From: Eledone cirrhosa | Taxonomy: Eukaryota | Length of the DNA stretch: 64,000 bases | Reading direction: 5' to 3' | NCBI GenBank assembly: GCA_964016885.1 | Contig: OZ024741.1 | Span: 80,910,001 to 80,974,000 of the forward strand | Shown: positions 13,053-27,088 of the stretch, piece by piece | How the letters are laid out: each line of letters opens with the position of its first letter | Position numbering within the stretch: position 1 is the first letter of the stretch | Made by a program: the position numbers and the translations under genes | The notes under the pieces: model-generated | Database searches by the model: none | What the model was told of the DNA's origin: nothing | The model's input: only the letters and a program-made list of their open reading frames with translations

Positions 13053-13436
13053 AATTTCTATACATATCTGTATAAAGCTATGCTTGAAGCTAAATCCTAA
13101 TTCTATTCTATTATAAGTTGAGCCAACTTATGCAGCTTCATATGCAAATCAGCTTAATCACCTCATTTACACAGACGAGAAAACTATATATTCTCGACTC
13201 AAGTCCAGCAGTCGCAAACCTGGGAGGAATCGTCCTAATGAAAACCAGTTAAGTCTGAAATGCATCGACGATTGTCCTCCCTTGCTTCTGCTGGACACCA
13301 CCAGAAAGCGTTAGCCCCGGTGTTTTTTTGCATAGCTACGGCTTCCTAAATGTTTACCTGTACACACCGTGTTTCTTTAGAAATACGAAATTTCTATACA
13401 TATCTGTATACAGCTATGCCTGAAGCTAAATCCTAA

Positions 13437-13442
<6 letters not shown>
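13053..13442 (+). mobile_element. PLE pLTR insert in direct (tandem) arrangement with degenerate HHR at 13228-13273
   Basis: Direct repeat AATTTCTATACATATCTGTATA.AGCTATGC.TGAAGCTAAATCCTAATTCTA at ~13053 and ~13389; AATCGTC CTAATGA..GAAA TGCA TC GACGATT. Confidence 0.6.
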
Positions 13443-13475
<33 letters not shown>

Positions 13476-13806
13476 GCTTGTATATGGGAGACTACTCTTT
13501 ATCCACCTAACCTTAACTCTTTGACATTAGAGATAGAACAAATACTCTATACCATTTCCTGTCAGCATGACTTGGCAAGCTATTTAGAACACTGGTTTAA
13601 CCGCTTTACTTCCCTCCGAAGAAGAGATATTATCTCGAAAATTAAGGACATTTAAATAAATCTAAGGTAAAAGACTAATTGTCGACAATATCTTTTGCAT
13701 TTGCATTCTTTATTCTATGTCCATACCTGCATTATTTTGGGTTTATTATACATATACAAACGTTTATACCTCATTACACAATGCTTCAAGTGAACTATAA
13801 CTTCCT

Positions 13807-13861
<55 letters not shown>

Positions 13862-14456
13862 TATATATGTATATATATTTATATATATAAAGAAATGAAT
13901 TACAAATATATATCAAGATATGGATGAGCTCAATGTATTATAATTGTGAGTCGAAATGCAAGTCGAAATATTCCAACGTGGTTTGACATTCTGTAAGGTC
14001 AGGATAATTGAAGACAAAAGTATTACATAGCATAATGCAAGATTAGAGAAGATTAACCAAAGATATCCATCAAATCAACAACATTTATTTTCTGCATGGG
14101 CATCAGGAAGGTGGAAGATTCTTGTGTTGATTTGTGATACGAGATTTCATGTATTTAGTATGAGTAGCTGATTTAGTATATGAGTGAGTGGTTTAATATC
14201 TGAAGTTATTTGTTCCGCACAGAGAAGTGTGAATCCAAAAGTGCTAGGAACCGCTCCCTTACCTCATGTAGATTCCCACCAAAAACAACAAAAAAGCAAA
14301 TAAAAAACTCCTTAGTTCTCTTCCCGTAGCTTTAAAACTCCGCTACACGATCCAAACCTCATCAGAAGTAATTCCATTACAATATGGCAGAGCGAATGAG
14401 TTGGAATTAAATCCAACGAAACTCGAGTATCTGCGTATTACAGCAGTTGTGAACTG

Positions 14457-14503
<47 letters not shown>

Positions 14504-14537
14504 CAAGGGAGTGTAACGAATCGTCCTTGTTATTAAC

Positions 14538-14750
14538 GGCGGTTTGGCAGTATCGGTAGTGTCAGACACCATGCTTTGCAGCATAGAGTTATGGCTCTTT
14601 GCGTTCTGAGTTAAAATCCCGCCAAAGTTAACTTTGCCTTTAATCCTTATGGGGTCGATAAAATAAAGCACCAGTAACGTACTGGGGTCGTTTAATCGAC
14701 TTTCCCCTTCCCCCAAATTACTGGCCTTGTGCCTATACTAGAAATCATTA
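14538..14750 (+). mobile_element. tRNA-derived SINE (main family)
   Basis: Same head and body as 4852-5037. Confidence 0.85.
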
Positions 14751-14753
14751 TAT

Positions 14754-14822
<69 letters not shown>

Positions 14823-14911
14823 GTATCTTTTGTTTATCACTATCACTGTAAATTAGACTCCCAAAACTAATTAAATATCAACAAAAACACTAAGGTCTGT
14901 GATAACTTACT

Positions 14912-15084
<173 letters not shown>

Positions 15085-15170
15085 GACACATATATATATA
15101 TATATGTATATGTGATTATATCTATATATCTATATATTTATATATACATATATATATATGTATATATATA

Positions 15171-18100
15171 TGATGGCTGTCCCTTCGTTATCGAGTATGC
15201 CATTGCACGAGAAAAAAAGGAAAAAAAACATAACAATAACAATAATAATAATAATAATAACAACAACAATAATAACGACAACAACAACAATAATAATATA
15301 CATATATATATATACACACACGCACACACATAAACATATCTACACACACACACACACGCGATAGCAATTAACAGCGCTGCGATCGAATGTGGCTTTTTAG
15401 CCCAGCCAATGATCTAAAATGTCTTGCACAGAGTTGGCAACCAAAACATTCACTGGGAATAGCCGGCTGTGGTTGGAGTTCATGTACTTTTGCATGTCAT
15501 TTGAGCCCTCCTGCTGATTTACACTCTCTACCACATGCTTGGCAAGCATGATGAGTAGCATCTCCAACAGCAGCCTGGTAGTCAACCACTGGTCTTACTT
15601 TATGACTGCGAAGATGACTTTCGAGTTCAGCTTTGCTTAGGCAGAGTCTCGCACAGACGCTGCATGTCAGCGCCATAGGAGGACTTTCGCCGTCTGGAAA
15701 TGCAACGGCAATGCCCTTCCTCACATCCCGCTTTACTTTCTCGTATGCGATTCGAGATGCCTCAAAGGCAACTTTGCCCTCATATAGTGTCTTTCTCCAT
15801 TTATTACGATCAGCAGCAACATTTTCCCATGTATCAACAGAGATGTTAGCGTCTTTCAAAGAGGCTTTCAAGGAATCCATATACCTCTTTTTTGGTTTAT
15901 GTGGAGGTCGTTTTCCTTTAACTAACTCTCCATAAAAGAGTTGTTTTGGTATTCTAGAATCCTTCATCCTGGCAAGGTGACCACTCCAACGGAGTCGTTG
16001 CTTAAGCACAAGAGCTTCTATACTATAACACAGAGAGCTTTCCAAAATCTCGACATCACTGATGTCGTCCCTCCAGTGAACGCCATGGATCCGTCTGAGA
16101 CACATCTGATGGAAACGCTCCAATTGCTTAAGGTGGTGTTGATATGTGACCCAGGTCTCGCAGGCATAAAGAAGAGAAAAGAGAACACATGTCTTGTATA
16201 CCTTTACCTTTGTCTTCTTGCATATGTCTCGCCGGCCCCAGAGTCGCCTTTCTAGCTTTCCGAAAGCATCACTTGCTTTCCTAATCCTGAGTGGGATTTC
16301 ATTATCAAGGTTGCTGTATTGATTGACAGTGCTTTCCAGGTAGACAAACTGATCAACCACTCCAAGTCGTTTGCCATACACATAGATGTTTGGTTCAGTG
16401 TACTGCTTACCAGGGGCAGGTTGGTACATGACGACGGTTTTCTTGAGACTGACAGTCAATCCTAGGGCAGTGCAAGCATCAGAAAATGCATTCAAAATGT
16501 GCTGCATATCACTCTCTGTGTGCGCTACAAGATCGCAATCATCTGCATACAAGAGGTCTCTTATGATTGATGTAAATACTTTTGTTTCTGCAGCAAAGCG
16601 CCTGATGTTAAATATGCTGCCTGGGGTTCGATATCGGATGTAAACACCACGCTCGCAATTCCTTAATGAAATATAGAAAACCATTGCAAAGTATATGGCA
16701 AACAGGGTCGGTGCTGGTATATCCCCCTGTTTCACTACATTTTTTACTGAGATAGGCTCCGACATGTTATCTCCGACATTAACCCAATCCTTCATGTCGT
16801 CATGGAAAGACCTAACTAAAGCAAGGAACTTATCAGAGCAACCAAGTTTCTGGAGAACCTTCCATAATGCATTTCTGTTAACAGTATCGAAAGCTTTTGT
16901 CAGATAGACAAAAATCTGATACAGATCCAAACCTTATTCCATGCACTTCTCCTGGAGCTGTCTAGCTGAGAAGATCATATCAGTAGTGCCGCGTCCAGCA
17001 CGAAAACCAGATTGACTTTCAAGATGAACACAATCTGCAATGTGTGTCAGCAGACGATCCAGAAGCACCCTACATAAAACTTTCCCTACGACAGAAAGCA
17101 ATGATATACCTTTGTAGTTCCCACAATCATTCCTGTTACCCTTTCCCCTGTACAAGACCACCATTACTGCATCTCTCCAGTCCTCAGATACGGCTTCATT
17201 AGCCTATCTCCTGCCAAACAAAGAGTGAAGATGTTGCAGAAGTCTCTCACCACCATATTGTAGGAGCTCAGAATGTATGCCTTCCATACCTGGAGACCTT
17301 CCACTGTTCAGCTTCGAGATAGCCACTGCAACATCCACAAACGTCGGAGGTTCTGCGAGAGCTGCTTTCACAGGATTTTCTGGAATGAGATTGAGGAAAT
17401 CTTCATTGACGACAGACGGCTGATTCAAAAGCTCATGAAAGTGCTCTCGCCACCTTCGTAGAATTCCTTGTGAGTCGCGAAGAAGTTCTTTACCATCCTT
17501 GCTGCGAAGCGGTGTCACCAAAGAAGACGGGACATAAACTTCACGCAAGAAACTGTACAACAGCTTTGCGTTATTGGAATCTGACGCAGTTTGTATCTCA
17601 TCAGCCTTCTCACTCCACCACTGATCCTTCATCTGAGAAAGACTCCGCCTAACACGTGATTTCACATCCTTGAGTTCCTTATGCAACATATTCTTCTCCT
17701 GTGATTTTGCTGTCAAGTAGCGTGACAGAGCACGCCTCTTATCAGCCAACAAATCTTCTATATGTTCATCATTCTCATTAAACCAGTCTTGATGTTTTCT
17801 CTGCACCAATCCCAGAATACGCCTGCCTACATCATAAACCGACTTTTTAAGGGTCGGCCAATCCTCACCAAGATCTGCAGCCTGCATCTCTTCTCGCAAT
17901 GTCCTCTTCACATTTTTATCCCTAAGACGAGCAGAATTCAATCTTCTGGGTGGGGTAACACCAGGAGCCCGGATTTTACGTTTAGTGATTAGTTTCACTT
18001 TTGCGCGTACCAGGCGGTGGTGTCCGTCCAGCACTCAGCTCCACGAAGAGCACGAACACACTGCAGATCCCGCCTGTCACGCATCCTGACAAGGACGTAG
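15171..18100 (-). mobile_element. RTE-clade LINE, 5'-truncated within the AP endonuclease; 3'UTR split by microsatellites (15211-15360)
   Basis: YVLVR..AECWTD (APE end), NYKGISLLSVVGK, QSGFRAGRGTTDMIF, KAFDTV, YADD, LRWSGHLARM..RIPKQLFYGEL; RTE-like 3' end GATAACGAAGGGACAGCCATCA. Confidence 0.92.
15368..18100 (-). pseudogene. RTE ORF (APE end, RT, C-terminal C2H2 zinc fingers) with stops and frameshifts
   Basis: ORF pieces 17204-18034, 16934-17164 and 15497-16930; frame continues past the TGA at 15497 to TAA at 15368. Confidence 0.88.
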
Positions 18101-18143
18101 TATGTATGTATGTATGTATGTATGTATATATATATACATACAT

Positions 18144-18182
<39 letters not shown>

Positions 18183-19637
18183 CAACTATGAATATGGCCC
18201 AAAACATTGCTAAAATAAACAGTAAAATTCTAAAGCAGAATCAGCATAATGATTTTAATAATAGTGTTAACATAAATAATAATAAATCAAAATGTAATTG
18301 TAGAATTAAACCAGATTGCCCTCTGCAAAATAATTGTTTGGACAGTAATTTGGTGTATAAATGCACCGTAAAAACTGATTACAACACATACAACTATATA
18401 GGATGGACTTCTTCTACATTTAAGGCTAGATTTGCGAATCATAAATGCTCATTTTCGAATTCTAACAGGAAATCATCGACTTCTTTATCACAGCTTATAT
18501 GGTAATTAAAAGACAAAAATTTAAAATACTCTATCTTTTGGACGAAACTTTGTAATAGTGGAATTTACCGCAACTCAAGTATATCAAGTAACTGCGCTCT
18601 TTGCACAATGGAGACCCTATTGATAATTAATAATTATGAAAACTTAATTAACAAAAAAAGTGAATTATTCTCAAACTGCCTTCATAAAGCTTTATCTACA
18701 TTCCAAGCCTCGCATAAGATCAGGAAAAAACAATAACCAACCAAGCCCGGATTTTAGACGTACATCATCAATTGTTGAAAATATAAGTTTTATAAAACAT
18801 TAATAATGCTTCATCTTCTAATCATTTATAATGGAAACAACGTTTGAATGAATGACACTTGTTTAAGAACAAGATGGCATGTTGATATACATAACCTATG
18901 GCTTTTTGGATATTATTAACTTTGATCCAGACATTTATTTTTCTATCTCTGTTTTTCTATCTCTGTTTTAAGTATAGCTTTGATATCTAACCTGTAAATT
19001 TTTACTGATTTTGTTTTGAACTATGGATCATTCATGCGTTTACATTTTTATATATCTATGTATTTTATAGTTATGCATGTATGAATCAATTACCTAAGAT
19101 TATAACCGTTATCCTTTACTAAATGTATACTGTCTCATTAATACTTAGTATATCTCTCTATATGTAGTTGGTGCAAATATGTTTATATTGTATAACATAA
19201 TCATAAATATAGTTCGGTAGACCTCTGTATATAGTTTTGTGCAAATACGTTTATAATGTACAATAACACAATCTTAATTTTAGTTCGGTATAACTCTATG
19301 TATAGTTTGTCCAAATATATATATATTTATATTGTATATTGACATAATCGTAATTAGAGTTCGGTTCTTCCCTAGAAGGCTGAACAAATGTAATGATCTA
19401 ATATTTAATATATGAATAGATAATAAAAATAATAATTTATAGTCCTCTTATTAAGATCAATGCATACACACATATATATATATATATATATAAATTGCTG
19501 AAAACTTTGGTTTAATTGTTATACTTTAGACACTATAACTATTTAACAATAAATTCCTTGATAATTATAACTGTAAATACTTCATAAACTATACACATGG
19601 ATATTGTTGATAATATTACAAGTAATATTATTAAAGA

Positions 19638-20530
19638 CTAGCAGTAAAGCCCGGCGTTGCTCGGGGTCGCTCAGTAGCTGTGTTAAAGTTACAATGTTAA
19701 GTTTCTTTTTTGGCTTAAAAACTGTAGTGTCTACTGTGCAGACTTGCATGTGGTGTTTTTGATTAATATTCCCTCAACCAACAATATGCCTTATGAAGTT
19801 AAGAAAACATAACGATAACCCGAATGTTATAACAAAAGAGGATGCTGGGGATAAAAACTGCACTGGTTATTTATTAACAAAGATCGAAAATGTAAACACT
19901 GCAACGCAGAGAAAAACATTAGCGTAACCAAATTATCAGTTATGTCTGTCTGCACGCCTATATCACCTCTCTGCACGACTGTCTGTCTGCACGCCTATAT
20001 CACCTCTCTGCACGACTGTCTGTCTGCACGCCTATATCACCTCTCTGCACGACTGTCTGTCTGCACGCCTAACGAAATTTACAGATACATATATTTTATA
20101 TAAACTTATATAATTTTTGCTTTTTTTTACGAAATATTTGCTTGTTTTAAGTAGTTTTTAAATAGACTTGTTTTCAAGTAAAAATATTGTTTTAAAAGGC
20201 TTGTTTTACGTAGTCTTTAAATCGTGTATTGTGTTAATGTCATTTTAAACGCTGAGAAAGCCAGCGTAATTTTTTTAATTTTTGCACGCAGACGCTCAAT
20301 GTAAACAGAACAAAGGGAAATAACTGATCACTTACGCTCAAAAATCGATACATTATATTCGATTTCGTCACATAGGGTGGGTCAATTTGAAATTTTTTTT
20401 TTCCGATGTCTTCGCTAGGGCTCAATGTACAAGTCTAGCAATTTCGGTGCAATTCCGTGAGAGATTCTAAGAGGAGATGTGTGCCAAAAATCGATAGACA
20501 GACAGACAACCACAGTTTTATATATATAGA
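19638..20530 (-). mobile_element. Non-autonomous Helitron
   Basis: Minus strand A|TCTATATATATAAAA...CCCGAGCAACGCCGGG...CTAG|T: 5' TC, subterminal hairpin, 3' CTAG, A/T insertion site, no TSD. Confidence 0.85.
19943..20070. repeat. 37-bp tandem repeat x3.5 inside the Helitron
   Basis: TGTCTGTCTGCACGCCTATATCACCTCTCTGCACGAC at 19943, 19980, 20017, partial at 20054. Confidence 0.9.
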
Positions 20531-21175
20531 TTACCTTTGCGTGAATATTGAACAGTATATTTTTTTTTTTCGCGGGCCTAGTAAATGCTTTAAATTCGAT
20601 TTCATAAAACTTTGAATTTTAGAAATTTAACACATTTATAAATTTATAAAATTTATAACACAAATAACCCTCAAATTTTAAAACCTATAATTTTGATTCG
20701 CTACCCTAAAATAACATGAATTAGATATTTTGAAACTTAACCGCCAAGGCTATATATGTTTATATGTGTCTGAAGAATATTTGTGCATAAATTACTCCCC
20801 TTTATCTCTCTCTCTTTAATTATATATCAGCTGCATTCTCAAACTAAAAACTAATATAACTCCAGATATGTATAGTCTTCCTCTATAGTCCTACAGTAGT
20901 ATTTCAAACATTAATAACTTTATAACTGTTACATTAAAGCAATCTTTTTCTTACTCACACCCTCTCTATTGATTCTATTACGTTTTCGCATGTTCTCATT
21001 TGTACGGTATAAATATTGAGTTTTCTCACAAGTTAATCACTACCTTGATTAAATCTTAACCATTTAACATGTCAGGGTATGTCATGTATCATTTTATTTT
21101 ATCTGATGAGGACGTACTATTAAACTTGATTCAAATATGTATAATAAAATTTAATTGATCACAAGAACATCTATT

Positions 21176-21207
<32 letters not shown>

Positions 21208-21846
21208 GAAAGGATGAATATAAAATGAAAGTGCTTTTGTTAAAAAAGGAATTTATTAGGTATTGACATATGTTTCTGTAACAGACCGAATACCTATGTA
21301 TCGCTGCTTGCGTAATCATATAATGTTAGCAAGTATTCGATAGCAAATGTATAATCAGTTGTCACTTCTTCAGAGATTTTGGATAAACTGGATAAAATCA
21401 GAAAAATTGAAGTATTTATATTAGTAAAAGAGGAAGGAACAGAGGGGATAGAATATGACAGATGGTAAAATAATTTACTGCTAAACAAGTATATAATGGG
21501 TTTTTAATGAGAATACCATGAGTAAATCTAAATAAGAATTTTGGGGGTGCCGATTTTAATCTCTACTTGACCAACTGGACAGTGGACAGGGCTGGTCATT
21601 TGGTGCAGTAGTATTAATCATAAAGTGTCAATTGGGGAAGGGGGAGATTTCGATTGCTACTAAATAACATCAATGCTAGTGGTCAGCTGGTATTTGCACT
21701 AGGGAATTGAATCAAAAAATCAGAAATCTCATTTTATCTATAGCAGTTTGTATTAAAAGGTAAATAATAGAAGAGTTGATAGAATTAAGACTAATAAAGA
21801 ATGTTCATATCTATTTTGACAATCAAACGGGGATAGAGACAGGCGT

Positions 21847-22416
21847 TCAATCCTGGTAGTATTTATAATATGAAAATGTAGATTTTAAGCGATGGTTACA
21901 GTATAACGATCGCTCTATTCTGTTATTTAATAAAATGTTTTTGGATTTCATAATACAAAATAATTCTACATTACATAATCTACAAAATTCCTGTCCATTG
22001 GAATATGGGGGGGCAGTCGCTATTATATCCCATTTTAGGTGAAATTGTTGGTTATTTTCACGCAGCTGCCAAGCCTTGTCTGCGAGTGTTGTTACATAAC
22101 GCTGGTTTTCATGTTTTATCGAATAACGATGTCTATAAAGGCGTGATTTAAAGGAGGTGGCTGTAGATCCCACATAGTACCACTTCTGTCTATCCGATTC
22201 GATAGTACATTTGTATACGATGTTGCGTTCAAGACACTGGTTGTTCAACGGACACATTCCTGGTTGGACACAGTTGCAATTACAATTTTGCGTTGTTGTA
22301 TTGCCATGGATGGGTTGATGAGGTTGCTTATGTAGAACAGGATGTTGTTTGTTGTTTTGTGATGTTATAGCTAATGTTTTACGTGTATTGTTATGTCTTG
22401 GAAGGCGTTTATACAA
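21847..22416 (-). pseudogene. PLE GIY-YIG endonuclease domain of a 5'-truncated element (3'UTR and decayed HHR to ~21205)
   Basis: CNC..CPLNNQCLERNIVYKC..YVGSTATSFKSRLYRH..WDII..PYSNGQEFCRLC..E; CTGAAGAAG on minus at ~21365-21373. Confidence 0.85.
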
Positions 22417-22521
22417 CCGTTTTGCGTTATTTTGTATTGAGTCCCTTTTTCACTTGTAGTTACACACAATCACATACACACACACACACAAACACAAACA
22501 CACACACAAATACACACACAT

Positions 22522-22640
<119 letters not shown>

Positions 22641-22651
22641 CATGAAAAACC

Positions 22652-22780
22652 ATTGTTTCTACTTTTGGTACAAGGCCTGCAATTGCCCCAGTGTATTACT
22701 GGTGCTTTATTTTATCGACACCGTAACGATGAAAGGCAAAGCTAACTTCATCAGGATTTAAACCCAGAACGTAAAGGGAC
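22652..22780 (-). mobile_element. Partial SINE (main family)
   Basis: Reverse complement of the 3' part of 4852-5037. Confidence 0.7.
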
Positions 22781-23149
22781 ATGACTCTCTATATATATAT
22801 ACATGAAAAATAATGAAATAGATTTAAAGTTGTATCTAATGTTTATATATACATGGCAATTTACAGTAAACATCGAAAAAAAATTAAGTCATGCAAAATA
22901 TATATTTTTTTATGGGACTTTGTAAAAATAATCAGTTATTTAATTTTTTTTTTAGTGGTTTCAGCTATAGATAGCTTTCCAAAGTTTCATTTTCAAGGTT
23001 ACATTTGTGCTGGTGTTGTGTATTTTTTAGTACGTGAATGAAAATTGATTATATCAAGACGCATGTACAAGTTCTGATAATGGGGAAGACATGCTTTTTA
23101 CAAAAATGCCTGAGAAACTGAGAGTTTGTTAATGTATTTCTGATACTAT

Positions 23150-23407
23150 GCATTAAAATACACAAATTGCATCTATATTTACATATCGAGGGCTCATTCT
23201 TTAATAATACGAAATGACACACAAGTAACTATCAACCAACTGCCAATAGTAACACACGCATTCGACTGCTATTGCTCGAATAAAAGAAATATAACCTTCA
23301 AAACAGCATGATGATCATCATCAATAAACAAATGAAGAAAACTGTGTCATTGAGAAAGTTAAACTGAATCCCAAAGTATTCTTTTCATATGCAAAACACA
23401 CACACGC

Positions 23408-23448
<41 letters not shown>

Positions 23449-25070
23449 AAAGGCCACTGTCTCAACTGTTGGCCCTCGGATTGATGGAAAAAGTTCTCCG
23501 TGATAATGCTAAAACCATGGGTGAAATATTGCAGGAAACACTACTGCTCTGTTTTTAGCAATCCTTATATGGCTGATCTGGATAGTATAAGTGATGTAAA
23601 CCCTCAACACACTATATGTCACATAACGTTTGTCACTCCTGATATCTTAGCGGCAATAAACAAAATTAGGTACAACTCAGCAGCAGGTTCAGATAGGTTC
23701 TCTGCTAGTGTCTTGAAAGAGCGCCGATACCAACTTACATCAACTCTAGCTAATCTCTGGAGGATCTCACAGGACACAGGCTATATCCCAGAACATTTTC
23801 TGTCCCATCTACTGTCCCAATTTTCATGAAGGGAAACAAGTCCTTCGCAGTGAATTACCGTTCAACTTCACTCACTTCTCATATATTAAGGTATTTGAGA
23901 GGGTGGTGAGATCACGAATAACTCACTTCCTCGAAAGCAACTATCTGCTGGATTTCAACTATCATGGGTTTCGCGATGGCAGGGACTGCTTTACGTAGCT
24001 TCTACATCACTTTGAGGAGGCTCCAACACTGATGTTATATACCTTGATTTCAACAAGGTCTTTGACAGGGTTGATCATCGCATCCTGCCGAAGAAACTAT
24101 CCAACATTGGAGTCTGGAAAGCTACTACAGTGGATTATGTGTTTCCTGGTGAACAGGATCGAGCATATTATGGTCGAAAGAATTCAATCAAACTCAGTCA
24201 AAGGCAGTTGTTGCATCCCACAAGAAACTGTGTTGGTCCCACGGCAGTATCGGTAGAGTGTCGGTCACCATGCTTTGCAGCATAAAGTTACAGACCTTTA
24301 CGGTCTGAGTTCAAATCCCGCCGAGGTTAACTTTGCCTTTCATCCTTACGGGGTCGATAAAATAAAGCACCAGTAATACACTGAGGTAATTGATGGCCTG
24401 TGCCAAAAGAAGAAACAATTATTTACATCAATGACATTATAGACGTCATCAAGCACAGCAAATACGAATCTTTACAGATAATTCCAAACTCCAGAAAGTC
24501 GTCAACTGTATGGAAGACCAGACATTTCTTCAATCAAACTTGCTTGCTGTTATCCAATGGGAGAATAAAAACAAAATGCTACTAAACGAGGATAAATTTG
24601 AGATAATCCATTTTGGAAAAGAGGATGCACTTAAGTGACCACATTCTCTTCCCTCAAGTGAACCTTACGTGCCAACCAACAACAGACCTTGGAATAATTG
24701 TCGATAACAATGTAGGCTTAAGTACTCACAAAAGGTTGATATGATCCGCATCCACCCACTATAAAAATTGACCTCACATCTGATAACGACATTACAGCAT
24801 AACTATCTCGCCTCAGCTGGTCCGCCCCTTTTAATGTCAAACCAAAATACACCAAGACAGAAAAAGATCTTAAAAAATTCAAAAGGTCCCTGTACAAATT
24901 CATCCTAGAAATTCGAACAAACTACTACTTGATGTCTCCGAAACAATAACTGTGCTGAAGAAGGCTATGGTGTTCAAAACAAGACAGAGGCGAAAGACTT
25001 CGCCAGGTGGTGCCAATTAGACGTAGCCTGGGCCAGTACTGGCTGAAATCTATAAAAGTTCCCAAAGTTA
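23150..25070 (+). mobile_element. Decayed CR1/L2-group LINE RT fragment, interrupted by (CA)n and a SINE
   Basis: Frameshifted motifs NPKVFFSYAK, SAAGSD, VPIF.KG..NYR..SLTS, HGFRDGRDC, YLDFNKVFDRVDH, IPQETVL, IYINDI; exact clade not resolved. Confidence 0.75.
24243..24421 (+). mobile_element. tRNA-derived SINE (main family) inserted in the LINE RT
   Basis: Same head and body as 4852-5037; splits PQETVL from IYIND. Confidence 0.85.
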
Positions 25071-25140
25071 TATAAATTTGTGTGTGTGTATGTATGTTTA
25101 TATAAAAATGTGTGCATATATATAAATAGATAAATATCTA

Positions 25141-25237
<97 letters not shown>

Positions 25238-26017
25238 TTATATTACATATGTACGTATATATATAATTTATTATATCACCCTAACTGTTTTGATTTTATC
25301 TATAGCACCGCCACACTTATACTGTATGTATGTATGTATGTATGCACATACATTTATACACACGCACACGCGCACACACACACACACATACATACATACA
25401 CATACACATATGTGCGTGTGTGTGCGTGTGTGTGTGTGCGTGCATGTGTTATATAGGTTCACTCGCCTTCAATCTTCTCAATCTCCGCATCCTATCAAAC
25501 TCGTATCAGAAACGCCATTAAGACTTTTCTCTTGCGAAAGCTATTTCGGATGAACGAACTGTTGAAAACGCTACTAATGGAGACAAAAAGAAATAGTATG
25601 GTAGCGTGGTAGCGTTGAAATGGGTGATGGAAACGGTATCATAGGGAGCTTTAATGAGGAAGATATCATTGAAAGACGAGAGATAAATTCTAGAGAGACA
25701 GGAAATGAGGTCACATTAATGAAAATGGCCGCTGATAACTAAATTAATGATGCAAGTGACAACAGCAAAAGCAACAACAACATTAACAACAGTATCTAGA
25801 TAAGGACCAGTTAATTTCAAATCGTACATCCATCACACCCCTATCTATCTATACATATCTTTCTCTCTGTCTCTATCTCTCTGAATATATATACACACAC
25901 ACACACCTATATGTATATATACATACACACACAGTATGTTTAAGATACAAAATCACACAAACTAAATCATACATGTTTATATATCCATGCATACTGTCAT
26001 GTATGTATATATAAATG

Positions 26018-26105
<88 letters not shown>

Positions 26106-26272
26106 GCGGCGATGAATTAGTTTAGCGAGGTTTTTTATATGAAATCGTGTGTCGAAACAAATATTGTTATACTTGGGGAGGGTCATATTTGTGTAATATT
26201 GCCAGAATTAATAACAGAACACACTGTTATTAATTCTGGCAATATTACACAAATATGACCCTCCCCAAGTAT

Positions 26273-26280
<8 letters not shown>
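26106..26280. mobile_element. Hairpin made of the 3' end of the Naiad-like PLE (arms 26160-26217 / 26224-26280, tail on minus strand)
   Basis: Arm sequence matches 37040-37097 and 56339-56400; tail matches 34623-34690. Confidence 0.8.
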
Positions 26281-26344
<64 letters not shown>

Positions 26345-26863
26345 GCCCCCTCTGTCAGTTACACTTTCTCTCGACTGACCGCTTCCTCGCACTTCCACTC
26401 ACTCACTCTCTGTTTCTCCCCTTCTCACTTCCTCCCGTTTGGCTAACTGTGGGTCTTTTCTTGCTTCCATCTCACTCACGTCGGACGTCTGTACTAATCG
26501 CTCATGAAATCCACCCAGATTATGCTGACCAGGACTACCATGTTGCTTGTTTATTTCCTTTCTTTGGTTTGTTTTTATCCTTCTATGTTGTTCACTTGTC
26601 CCCCTCGTTTTACTCGATTACAGGTCCCAATAACTTTTTTTAGCTTATTGCTCGCACCAACCTGAGGTATCTGATTTTTAATGCGATGAAATACCAATGA
26701 TGGTTTGCAAATCACTGACGAAGGAATATTTTTATCATATGTAACCCATGTGCAAACCACGCAGTATTCTTCTTTCTTCTCATGTTTTTTTATATAGGCA
26801 GCGAATTGGCAGAGTAACTAGAATGACGGGTAGGATAACCTGTGTTATTTGTTGTGATTCTCT

Positions 26864-26913
26864 GGGCGCTGAAGAGGGATAAAAATCCCGAAAGACTGGT
26901 CTCTGGCGTTCTC
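26864..26913 (+). ncRNA. Type-I HHR, intact core, stem I disrupted
   Basis: CTGAAGA GGGAT AAAA ATCCC GAAA GACTGGTC TC. Confidence 0.6.
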
Positions 26914-27037
26914 ACACGGCTACTGAGGTAGCTGTGAGTACAGCTTAAAACACATATAGCGAGACTTCTGTGTGTTTATTAATCACGCTATACTAATGCT
27001 ACCGCTATATATATATATATATATATTGACGGGACTA

Positions 27038-27088
<51 letters not shown>

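Larger units (their letters stand above)
18183..21175 (+). mobile_element. 5'-truncated PLE: GIY-YIG EN (18183-18736, one internal stop), long AT-rich 3'UTR with ~65-bp degenerate tandem repeats (19170-19370), decayed HHR near 21103
   Basis: CNCRIKPDCPLQNNCLDSNLVYKC..YIGWTSSTFKARFANH..STSLSQLIW; TTTTATCTGATGAGG at 21097-21111; 3' boundary uncertain. Confidence 0.7.
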
